Shown in pieces: positions 47,594 to 55,757 of a stretch of 64,000 nucleotides of DNA. The notes below the pieces were generated by a model. It did not search any database, had not been told where the DNA came from, and was given only the letters and a program-made list of their open reading frames with translations. The DNA is from Candidatus Omnitrophota bacterium (lineage in GTDB: Bacteria; Omnitrophota; Gorgyraeia; JAHIPI01), in contig JADHVZ010000001.1 in the NCBI GenBank assembly GCA_016783745.1, forward strand, positions 9,447 to 73,446, given 5' to 3'. A program made the translations under genes and the position numbers. Each line of letters opens with the position of its first letter. Positions within the stretch are counted from its first letter, which is position 1.

Positions 47594-47721
47594 TTTTAAA
47601 GAGAAAACTTTTTAGAAAAGTTTTCTCTTTAAGGATCTCTTTCAAAATTCAGCTATGCCGAGTCAAGGCACACTACGACGTTCGGGCTCCGGGGCTAAAA
47701 AGTGAGGGATTATAATTTATT

Positions 47722-48375
47722 ATGATAGATCTGCATACTCATACCATACTTAGTGACGGGGAGCTCCTGCCGAGCGAGCTTGCCAGGAGAGCCGAGGTCA
47801 AAGGCTACCGCGCCATCGGCATCACTGACCACTGCGACTGGTCGAATATAGATTTTGTGGTACCGCATATAGCGAAGGCCGCGGCCAGCCTGAACCGGCA
47901 CTGGAAAATAAAAGTTATCCCCGGAGTCGAACTTACCCATGCCCCTATTGAAGAAATTGAATCACTTACCAGGTTTGCCAGGGAAAACGGCGCCAAGATA
48001 GTAGTAGCTCACGGAGAGACTCTAAGTGAACCCGTCATAAAAGGAACAAATAGGAGAGCCATAGAGTGCGGAGTCAACATACTGGCGCACCCGGGAAATA
48101 TCTCTGAAGAGGATGCCCGGCTCGCTAAAGAAAAAGGTGTCATGCTTGAGATCACGGCACGCAAGAGCCATAACGCGACCAATAAGCATGTAGCGGATAT
48201 TGCGCGTAAAACAGGCGCCAAATTAGTATTTAATACGGATGCTCATAAAGCAGAGAATATTATAACCAAGGATAACGCCATAGAAGTCATGAGCAGCGCC
48301 GGACTGTCAAAAGAAGAGATGGAAAAAGTTTTTCAAAACTCAGAAAACTTTATTGCTTCACTTTTAATTTCTTAA
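47722..48375 (+). CDS. PHP-domain phosphoesterase (histidinol-phosphatase/YcdX-like)
   Basis: N-terminal IDLHTHTILSDG and ITDHCD metal-binding motifs. Confidence 0.6.
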   Translation: MIDLHTHTILSDGELLPSELARRAEVKGYRAIGITDHCDWSNIDFVVPHIAKAAASLNRHWKIKVIPGVELTHAPIEEIESLTRFARENGAKIVVAHGETLSEPVIKGTNRRAIECGVNILAHPGNISEEDARLAKEKGVMLEITARKSHNATNKHVADIARKTGAKLVFNTDAHKAENIITKDNAIEVMSSAGLSKEEMEKVFQNSENFIASLLIS

Positions 48376-48707
48376 CAGAATAGATTTTTTGTTATATTAA
48401 TAGTATTATATAGTTGTGATTTTTTTTGTTCTGAGACCTTGACAAAAGTGAGCTTTGTGGTATACTCTTTACCAAAGTGAAGGTATCTTTTAGTTACGCC
48501 TATACCACGGTAGGTAGCTTTAATCCGGCAAGAAAGGGGGTGAAATCCTTAAGGCTCAAGTTACCTATTAAAGCGTGATATAGATATAGATGTAGACAAA
48601 TTCGGGTCAAGTAACACGCATCTAAGGAATTCATCACAGGCCTGAATTCGAATGATATATTTTAAAATAAATTTAACGTATTAAATCGTAACATGAGGAG
48701 GTATAGT

Positions 48708-50195
48708 ATGAAGTTATTAAGGGGGCTATTTGTATTAGCTCTTGCAATAGCATTCACCATACCTGCACTCGCTGAAACGCAAAGCATCAAGCTAAGCGGC
48801 GATGTTATCGTCAGGCACATTATGCGTGACGATTATGACTTCAATAAGCATGATGATGATGTAGCTGACACAGACGCAAGCTATTTCATGCATAACGCCG
48901 AGATCCAGCTGGATGCCGATCTTACAGACAATGTTTCAGCGACTATCAGGGTGATGAATCAGACAGATTGGAACGTAAGCTATATTACAGAAGGAGCCAA
49001 TACCCACACAGACTATGATCCGCATGCCGTAGTCGGCGCCGGCGGCCTTGACGGCCCGCAGGATAACTACGGTGAGTTCGATGTCATAGTCGACCTCGCG
49101 TATGTGACTTTAAAGGAATTCTTTTTCACTCCTTTGACAGTCAGGATCGGTAAGCAGGATATATGGTTTGGTAAGGGTTTCATCATCGGCGGATTATTCG
49201 ATGACCCGAACGGCCAGATATCAGGTGATGAATGGTCAACCAATAATTCTTTCAAAGCCATAAGAGCGACTTGGGATTATGAGCCTTGGACAATTGACGG
49301 TGTGTTCGCGATGATAGAGGAAAACGAAGTCCAGGCAGATGACGACCAGCAGCTCTACGGTGTAAACGTTGGTATTGACCTGTCAGAATATAAAAATGCG
49401 GAAGTAGAAATGTACTACTGGTACATGATAGACGATGAAATACCGAACTTCATCACCAGCAAGGAAGACCGCATCCACGTCCTTGGTACGCGAGGCAGCT
49501 TTGATCCTCACGAAGACATCACTCTCTTTGGTGAACTCGCGTTACAGGGTGGCACGTACATAGCAAACGCAGTGCAGCCTGAGCCCAAGAAGAGAAATGC
49601 ATGGGCTTGTGATCTTGGCGCTGACCTCAGACTCTGGGAAGATGATTATGCCTGGAGGCCTGTATTCGGAGCCGAGTATATATTCTATTCCGGTAATAAT
49701 GAGCATAACACGACATTAGCCGGTGAGGACTTTAAGGGTTGGAACAGAATGTTCCGCGGAAAGTTAGACAGCGCGATCCACGATCATTATAACGTGTTCT
49801 ATACCGCTGGAATGCCCACAACGGAGAGAGCTGATACAAACCTGCATCAGTTTATCCTGAAGTGGGGTCTTCAGCCAATGGATAACCTTTCGGTTGACGG
49901 GAGATATATACATTTCCGTCTGCATGAAAACGCATGGGGGCCTTCAAACGCTGCCGGTACGATGGGCTATGGCGTACAGGAGAAAGGTGTCGGAAACGAA
50001 GTCGACATAGAGTGGACGTATGAATATACAGAAGACGTCACATTCGGTCTCTTAAGCGCGTGGTTCTGGTCCGGAGATTACTACTGGACTCCTGAAGATA
50101 CAGACAGCACAGCGGCTGTAGTTGCCGGAGCGAACTCTGGTAGTTCAAAGAGCGTTGCAAGAGAAGTTGTTGCTACTTGCAAAGTCTCGTTCTAG
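48708..50195 (+). CDS. Secreted putative outer-membrane beta-barrel protein (start at MKLLRG after GGAGG; the ORF track begins at 48693)
   Basis: Signal peptide (LAIAFTIPALA), an alternating hydrophobic pattern, an aromatic-rich sequence, and a terminal ...CKVSF with C-terminal Phe typical of OM beta-barrels. Confidence 0.45.
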   Translation: MKLLRGLFVLALAIAFTIPALAETQSIKLSGDVIVRHIMRDDYDFNKHDDDVADTDASYFMHNAEIQLDADLTDNVSATIRVMNQTDWNVSYITEGANTHTDYDPHAVVGAGGLDGPQDNYGEFDVIVDLAYVTLKEFFFTPLTVRIGKQDIWFGKGFIIGGLFDDPNGQISGDEWSTNNSFKAIRATWDYEPWTIDGVFAMIEENEVQADDDQQLYGVNVGIDLSEYKNAEVEMYYWYMIDDEIPNFITSKEDRIHVLGTRGSFDPHEDITLFGELALQGGTYIANAVQPEPKKRNAWACDLGADLRLWEDDYAWRPVFGAEYIFYSGNNEHNTTLAGEDFKGWNRMFRGKLDSAIHDHYNVFYTAGMPTTERADTNLHQFILKWGLQPMDNLSVDGRYIHFRLHENAWGPSNAAGTMGYGVQEKGVGNEVDIEWTYEYTEDVTFGLLSAWFWSGDYYWTPEDTDSTAAVVAGANSGSSKSVAREVVATCKVSF

Positions 50196-50213
50196 TTTAG
50201 TTTGATCTGAACG

Positions 50214-50260
50214 CAAAAAAGCCCGGCATTTCTAACGAAGTGCCGGGTTTTTTTGTTTTT
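50214..50260 (+). terminator. Rho-independent terminator (GCCCGGCA ... TGCCGGGC stem with T-run)
   Basis: AAAAAAGCCCGGCATTTCTAACGAAGTGCCGGGTTTTTTTGTTTTT sits directly after the OMP stop, with an A-run upstream and a T-run downstream. Confidence 0.75.
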
Positions 50261-50261
50261 C

Positions 50262-50290
50262 TTGACAACCATTTAGTAATTATGTATACT
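50262..50290 (+). promoter_or_regulatory. Sigma-70-like promoter TTGACA-17-TATACT
   Basis: Exact -35 hexamer and a near-consensus -10, about 40 nt upstream of the 50330 start. Confidence 0.45.
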
Positions 50291-50329
50291 TTACTAAAAT
50301 AAATCGATCAATAAAACCGGAGGTGAGGC

Positions 50330-50647
50330 ATGGCGGAGGATAAAGTAGTACAGGAAGGCAAGATATTCGCGGTAATCGGATACCTTGGTATCTTATGCCT
50401 TATACCTTTATTATTCAAGAAGGAGAACAAATTCGCCCTGTTCCACGGCAAACAAGGGCTGGTTATCTTTATAGGTGAGGTAGCCCTGGGCATTATAAGC
50501 GTAGTGCCGTTCCTGGGCTGGCTGGTGGGATTTTTCGGTGTTTTGATCTTCGGCATCCTTTCGCTAGTAGGTATTGTGCAGGTTTTAATGGGCAATTACT
50601 GGAGAGTGCCTTTAGTCGCTGATTTAGCCGATAAGTTTAATATATAG
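50330..50647 (+). CDS. DUF4870-like small membrane protein
   Basis: KFALFHGKQGL followed by two or three TM helices resembles the DUF4870 family. Confidence 0.45.
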   Translation: MAEDKVVQEGKIFAVIGYLGILCLIPLLFKKENKFALFHGKQGLVIFIGEVALGIISVVPFLGWLVGFFGVLIFGILSLVGIVQVLMGNYWRVPLVADLADKFNI

Positions 50648-50663
50648 TTTTGAGTATCTAACA

Positions 50664-50708
50664 ATAGGGGACAGACACTTTTAGACATAAAAGTGTCTGT
50701 CCCCTATT
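50664..50708. repeat. Simple hairpin copy of the palindromic element (AATAGGGGACAGACACTTTTAGACATAAAAGTGTCTGTCCCCTATT)
   Basis: Read directly: 19-bp perfect arms with a 7-nt loop, between the DUF4870 gene and the radical SAM gene. Confidence 0.8.
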
Positions 50709-50710
50709 CC

Positions 50711-51643
50711 ATGAAAATGAAAAAATCCAAAATAGACATTTACAAATCGATGAAGTTCTGTACTATTTGCCCCAGGAAGTGCGGGGTGGATAGGACTGCG
50801 GGTAAAAGCGGATTTTGTAAGGCCGGCAGCAAAATAGAGGTCTACTCTGCCGATCTCCATTTTGGGGAAGAGCCGCCGATCTCCGGCACCAATGGTTCCG
50901 GGGCCATCTTTTTTAATCACTGTAACCTGTCCTGCGCGTATTGCCAGAATTATAGATTCAGTCAATTGAAGGATGGTAAAGAGTTCGAAATAAGCTCATT
51001 TGTCGATCTGATGCTATCCCTTGAGAAGAAGGGAGCGCATAACATCAATCTCGTTACACCTACGCATTACGCTGTCCAGATCGCAAATGCCGTGATCGAG
51101 GCAAGACGTAACGGCCTGAAAGTGCCTATTGTATATAATTCAAGCGGCTATGAGAAGGTAGATGCCCTTAAGATGCTTGATGGGCTGGTTGATATATATT
51201 TAGTTGATATGCGCTATGCTGATGACGGACATGCGATGAAATACTCTTCCTGCGGTAACTACGTTGAATCAAATGAACAAGCCGTAAAGGAAATGTACAG
51301 GCAGGTCGGCACGCTAAAGCTATCCGGATCCGGCATAGCTGAGAAGGGCATAATAATAAGGCATCTTATATTGCCGAATGATATCAGCGGTTCCGAAAAG
51401 ATCTTCAGATTCATAGCGAATCAAGTCGATACCAACACCTATATATCACTCATGAGCCAATACTATCCTGCCAACAGGGCATCCACACACAGAGAGCTTA
51501 AGCGCGGCATAAATAAATCGGAATACGATAATGCAGTGCGCCTCCTATATAAGTATAACCTTAATCAAGGCTGGGTGCAGGAGTTCACGGGAGGCTTTGT
51601 TGATTCAGGCTTTGCAGGCACCAATATTGAACCCGATCTCTAA
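50711..51643 (+). CDS. Radical SAM enzyme, PflX/YjjW-like (pyruvate formate-lyase-activating-enzyme-related). Start placed after the hairpin.
   Basis: N-terminal CTICPRKCGVDRTAGKSGFCKAG, the radical SAM CNLSCAYCQN (CxxxCxxC), and a glycine-rich SAM-binding segment. The ORF-track start at 50693 would lie inside the hairpin. Confidence 0.65.
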   Translation: MKMKKSKIDIYKSMKFCTICPRKCGVDRTAGKSGFCKAGSKIEVYSADLHFGEEPPISGTNGSGAIFFNHCNLSCAYCQNYRFSQLKDGKEFEISSFVDLMLSLEKKGAHNINLVTPTHYAVQIANAVIEARRNGLKVPIVYNSSGYEKVDALKMLDGLVDIYLVDMRYADDGHAMKYSSCGNYVESNEQAVKEMYRQVGTLKLSGSGIAEKGIIIRHLILPNDISGSEKIFRFIANQVDTNTYISLMSQYYPANRASTHRELKRGINKSEYDNAVRLLYKYNLNQGWVQEFTGGFVDSGFAGTNIEPDL

Positions 51644-51669
51644 TCCCTTACGTATAAAATAAAATCCCA

Positions 51670-51878
51670 AATTCGCGCGAAGCACGAATTTGTCCTGAGA
51701 ATACGACAAAGAGGAGTATTCGAAGGGCCACAATTCGCGCGAAGCACGAATTTGTCCTGAGAATACGACAAAGAGGAGTATTCGAAGGGCCACAATTCGC
51801 GCGAAGCACGAATTTGTCCTGAGAATACGACAAAGAGGAGTATTCGAAGGGCCACAAATTTTTGCACGCTCGAATTTG
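51670..51878. repeat. 62-bp tandem repeat x3.3, each unit containing two short hairpins, degenerate last unit
   Basis: Units begin at about 51670, 51732 and 51794 and are identical. The fourth unit is diverged (CACAAATTTTTGCACGCTCGAATTTG). Each unit contains AATTCG..CGAATT and GAATAC..GTATTC inverted repeats. Confidence 0.85.
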
Positions 51879-52008
51879 ACTTTTTTTAAAATTGCAGGTA
51901 TACTTCATATTACCTTGTCATATCTTGTATTAATATATATAAAATATAACAATTCGTAGAAAACTATACTTGATTTATTTGAATCTTTGATAATATGGAG
52001 GTATAACG

Positions 52009-52212
52009 GTGAAGAATAGTGTGATGACTGTCCGCGAAGTTGCCAGGTACCTCAGGATGAAGCCGGTCACTATATATAAACATGCCCAGGAGGGCAAGTT
52101 GCCGGCTTTTAAGGTAGGTTCGTCATGGCGCTTCAAGAAAAAGACCATAGACGGATGGATCGCCGGACAGGAAAAGGAAGAACTCGAGAAATTGGATCTC
52201 GCGGTAAAATAA
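52009..52212 (+). CDS. Excisionase-family (Xis/AlpA-like, MerR-superfamily) HTH DNA-binding protein
   Basis: VREVARYLRMKPVTIYKHAQEGKLPAFKVGSSWRFKKKTIDGWI matches the excisionase-family DNA-binding domain signature (TIGR01764-like). Confidence 0.6.
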   Translation: MKNSVMTVREVARYLRMKPVTIYKHAQEGKLPAFKVGSSWRFKKKTIDGWIAGQEKEELEKLDLAVK

Positions 52213-52263
52213 TGCTGAGCTAAACAACTGCTCAGCTTTTTTACTTTCATACAAAGGTTTAAC

Positions 52264-53511
52264 ATGAGTAAACGTATAGTTATAACCGGGATAGGTGTAC
52301 TAGCCCCGAACGGAATAGGTAAGGATGAATTCTGGAACGCGTTGGAGCAGGCGAGATCCGGAATAAAGCCGGTTACATTATTCGATACATCCACTACAAG
52401 GTCAAAACTGGCCGGGGAGATATCAGATTTTGATCCTGTTCAGATCCTGGGAAAGAAAGGCCTGCGTACTCAGGATAGGAGTACAAAGCTGGTCAATTCC
52501 GCCGCGAAACTCGCGCTGGACGATGCCGGATTCGAATATCCGATACCTGAAGATGAAGCGGCTAAATTTGGCGTGGCCCTGGGCTCCACGATGGGAAGCG
52601 TATGGTCAATAAGTGAATTTGACAAAGTAGCGCTTCGTGAAGGACCGGGGGCGGTAAATCCGGCGCTGTTTTCCAATACAGTCATGAATTCTCCGGCAAG
52701 CCAGATCTCGATCAGATTTAACATAAAGGGCTTTAACGCGACCATCTCCACAGGTTTTACTTCCAGTGCAGACGCGATAAGCTACGCTTATAATCTTATG
52801 AGATTCTACGACTATAAAGTTGTTTTAGCGGGCGGAGTTGAGGAGCTATGTGAACAAACATTTAAGGGATTTCATAAAATAGGCCATTTAGCCGGTTCAA
52901 GAGGATCCAAACCGGAATTGAATTGCCCTTTTGACAAGAGGCGAAACGGTATTGTTGTTGGTGAAGGTTCTGCTATTTTTATTTTGGAGGATCTGGAACA
53001 TGCCCGATCAAGAGGAGCCAGAATATATGCTGAAATTTTAGGCTATGGTACATCTTTTGACGTGAAAAGCAGGAATATATATAACCCTAAAGCGGAGGGC
53101 GCGGCGGAAGCTATTAAATTTGCTTTAGAGGACTCAAAGACAAAACCGGAAGACATTGACTACATATCCGCAAGCGCGAATTCCACACTAGATTGCGATG
53201 TTATGGAGACAAGGGCCGTAAAAAAAGCGTGCGGCGAGCATGCGAAAGAGATACCGATAAGCAGCATTAAGAGTATGATAGGAGAGACTTTTTCGGCATC
53301 AGGCGCTATGAATGTTGCCGCAAGCCTTGGTGTATTTGAAAAACACTTTTTACCGCCGACGATAAATTATGAGAAGCCAGACAAGCGCTGTGACCTGGAT
53401 TTTGTGCCCAATAAGGCGCGAAGGAAAAATATTAATATAGCACTTGTTAATGCGTTTAGCCCTACGGGAAATAATACAACTTTAGTATTAGCAAGAAGCA
53501 AGGAGAATTAA
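52264..53511 (+). CDS. Ketosynthase-fold protein lacking the Cys-His-His catalytic triad (chain-length-factor / KS-beta-like)
   Basis: Thiolase/KAS fold throughout, but the active-site TACATG position reads STGFTSS, HGTGT reads SANSTL, and GHS/GHT reads GET. Confidence 0.7.
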   Translation: MSKRIVITGIGVLAPNGIGKDEFWNALEQARSGIKPVTLFDTSTTRSKLAGEISDFDPVQILGKKGLRTQDRSTKLVNSAAKLALDDAGFEYPIPEDEAAKFGVALGSTMGSVWSISEFDKVALREGPGAVNPALFSNTVMNSPASQISIRFNIKGFNATISTGFTSSADAISYAYNLMRFYDYKVVLAGGVEELCEQTFKGFHKIGHLAGSRGSKPELNCPFDKRRNGIVVGEGSAIFILEDLEHARSRGARIYAEILGYGTSFDVKSRNIYNPKAEGAAEAIKFALEDSKTKPEDIDYISASANSTLDCDVMETRAVKKACGEHAKEIPISSIKSMIGETFSASGAMNVAASLGVFEKHFLPPTINYEKPDKRCDLDFVPNKARRKNINIALVNAFSPTGNNTTLVLARSKEN

Positions 53512-53512
53512 T

Positions 53513-54256
53513 ATGCTGTTAAAAGATAAGGTAGCGATAATAAGCGGCGGATCAAGGGGCATAGGCAGGGCCGTGGCGCTGGAACTGGCAAATGAGGGAG
53601 CCGATATAGCTTTCAATTATCTAAAGAGCGAAGACAGGGCTCTTGAAGTTAAGAAGGAAATAGAATCAAAGGGAAGAAAAGCGCTTATCTTTAAGTCTGA
53701 CGTGAAGAACTTAGCTCAAATGAAGAATATGGTGAACGAGACGAAAGAGAAATTTGGTAGACTGGATATTATTGTGAACAACGCGGGGATATTACGGGAT
53801 AAAGCATTAATGCTGATGGGGGTAGAGGACTGGGAGGATGTTATTTCAACCAATTTATCCGGCGCTTTTAACCTTATAAAAGCCGCAATAGTCACGTTAA
53901 TGAAGGAAAAACAGGGTAATATCATTAATATAACATCAGTAGCCGGAATAAAAGGCATGCCGAGACAGGTAAATTATTCTGCCAGTAAAGCGGGACTGGT
54001 GGGCATGACCAAGGCTTTAGCTAAGGAAGTTGCCTCGTATAATATAAGGGTGAATGCCATAGCGCCGGGTTATATAGATACCGACATGGTAGGCGGATTG
54101 AAGGAAAACCATAAAACAGAGTTAATGAAAAGGATCCCCTTAAATAGATTTGGGACCCCTGATGAGGTAGCAAAGGTAGTGACTTTTTTAGCATCAGAAC
54201 GATCTAAATATATAACAGGGCAAGTAATATCAATTGATGGCGGATTGGCCATATAA
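53513..54256 (+). CDS. fabG: 3-oxoacyl-ACP reductase (FabG-type SDR ketoreductase)
   Basis: Cofactor motif GGSRGIGRA, NNAG, and catalytic S...YSASKAG (YxxxK). Confidence 0.8.
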   Translation: MLLKDKVAIISGGSRGIGRAVALELANEGADIAFNYLKSEDRALEVKKEIESKGRKALIFKSDVKNLAQMKNMVNETKEKFGRLDIIVNNAGILRDKALMLMGVEDWEDVISTNLSGAFNLIKAAIVTLMKEKQGNIINITSVAGIKGMPRQVNYSASKAGLVGMTKALAKEVASYNIRVNAIAPGYIDTDMVGGLKENHKTELMKRIPLNRFGTPDEVAKVVTFLASERSKYITGQVISIDGGLAI

Positions 54257-54269
54257 ACGGAGGTATAGT

Positions 54270-54521
54270 ATGCCTGAAATCTACTCCGAAACTTTAGAAA
54301 AAGATCTGCGGGCTATAGTTGCCGATATTGTCGAGATCGACGAGGGGAATATTACATCTGAGGCTAACTTCGTGGAAGATCTGGGGATGGATTCTATGAT
54401 GGCCCTGGAGATCCTGGCTACTGTGGAGAAAAAGTATAAGCTTAAGATCCCCGAAGAAAATCTTACAAAGATGACAAGCTTAAAGCAAGTAGTCGAGCTT
54501 GTTAACGGTTTGTTAAAATAA
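54270..54521 (+). CDS. Acyl carrier protein (start at MPEIY after GGAGG; the ORF track starts at 54234, overlapping fabG)
   Basis: Phosphopantetheine attachment motif DLGMDSMMALEI (the DSL/DSM Ser). Confidence 0.75.
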   Translation: MPEIYSETLEKDLRAIVADIVEIDEGNITSEANFVEDLGMDSMMALEILATVEKKYKLKIPEENLTKMTSLKQVVELVNGLLK

Positions 54522-54535
54522 AAAGTTAAAATATT

Positions 54536-55756
54536 ATGAATAAGCGTGTAGTAATAACCGGATTGGGAGTTATATCATCGATTGGAATCGGCAAAGAGGA
54601 TTTCTGGAATAATCTTATTGCCGGGAAATCCGGCATAAGCGATGTGACGACTTTCGATACCTCTAAATATGATAACCACAAAGGCGGCGAAGTAAAAGAT
54701 TTTAATCCATCAGATTTTATTTCTCGTAAGCATATAGCTGAGATGGGAAGGGCATCACAATTTGCAGTTGCAGCTTCGCAATTAGCACTTGATGATGCCA
54801 AGATGCACACCTTAGAAGCAAAAAAGGCTCGAGCCGGGGTGATAGTTGGCACAACCATGGCAGATGCTCAGGCCATAGAACAAATAGACAAGTATTGGAT
54901 TGATAAAAGTGAAGATGAAGTATGGGCAACAAATATTGTTAAATATCCAAGCAATGTTATAGCCGATAATGTAGGATACTATTTGGGGACACAGGGACCA
55001 AATTATGTGCTTCCTAATGCTTGTGCTGCAGGTAATTATTCTATAGGTTATTCTTTTGATCTTATAAGAGCTGGAAAGACTACCATTATGCTGGCTGGTG
55101 GTTCTGAGCAATTTTCAAGAATTACTTTTACTGGATTTAGCCGTCTATTTGCGATGTCTCCTGATCGGTGTCAACCCTTTGACAAGAATCGAAAGGGCAT
55201 GATTGTAGGCGAGGGAGCTGGCATATTGGTTTTAGAGGAATTAGAGCATGCAAAGAGAAGGGGTGCTACAATGCATGCCGAAGTACTGGGATACGGGTTA
55301 AGCTGCGATGCCCACCATATGACTGCGCCAAGTGTAAAAGGCATAACTTCGGTTTTGGAAAATGCTATGAAATTTTCAGATATAAGAAAAAATGATGTTG
55401 AATTTATCTGTACACATGGTACTGGGACTCCCGCCAATGATAGGGCTGAATGCCATGCCATGAAAAATGTTTTTGGAGAAAAATTCAAAGAGATTCCTGT
55501 AAATTCAATAAAGTCTATGCTTGGCCATACCATGGGAGCAGCAAGTGCGATAGAGTCAATAAGTACAATTTTGGCAATAAAAAATGGTATCATTCCACCA
55601 ACGATAAATTATGAGATATCCGATCCTGAGTGTGAGTCAGTCGACTGCGTAGCAAATGAAGCTCGTGTGAAAAAAATAAAAATAGCGCTAAATAATGCTT
55701 TAGCTTTCGGCGGCAATAACGCATGCATAGTTTTTAAAAAAATACAAAATTTATAA
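54536..55756 (+). CDS. Beta-ketoacyl-ACP synthase (active KS, FabF/KS-alpha-like)
   Basis: Catalytic Cys in PNACAAGN, His in THGTGTPANDRAE, and Lys/His in NSIKSMLGHTMGAAS. Confidence 0.8.
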   Translation: MNKRVVITGLGVISSIGIGKEDFWNNLIAGKSGISDVTTFDTSKYDNHKGGEVKDFNPSDFISRKHIAEMGRASQFAVAASQLALDDAKMHTLEAKKARAGVIVGTTMADAQAIEQIDKYWIDKSEDEVWATNIVKYPSNVIADNVGYYLGTQGPNYVLPNACAAGNYSIGYSFDLIRAGKTTIMLAGGSEQFSRITFTGFSRLFAMSPDRCQPFDKNRKGMIVGEGAGILVLEELEHAKRRGATMHAEVLGYGLSCDAHHMTAPSVKGITSVLENAMKFSDIRKNDVEFICTHGTGTPANDRAECHAMKNVFGEKFKEIPVNSIKSMLGHTMGAASAIESISTILAIKNGIIPPTINYEISDPECESVDCVANEARVKKIKIALNNALAFGGNNACIVFKKIQNL

Positions 55757-55757
55757 A

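Noticed and set aside
51605-51908. Three minus-strand ORFs (62-86 aa) with near-identical translations
   Set aside because: They are reading-frame artefacts of the 62-bp tandem repeat. The identical peptide blocks simply mirror the repeated DNA.
48693-54272. Shared sequence GGAGGTATAGTATG at the starts of the OMP gene (48694-48710) and the ACP gene (54258-54272)
   Set aside because: It is a 14-nt identical RBS-plus-start context. That is probably convergence on a strong translation-initiation sequence rather than a mobile or regulatory element, and it is too short to interpret.
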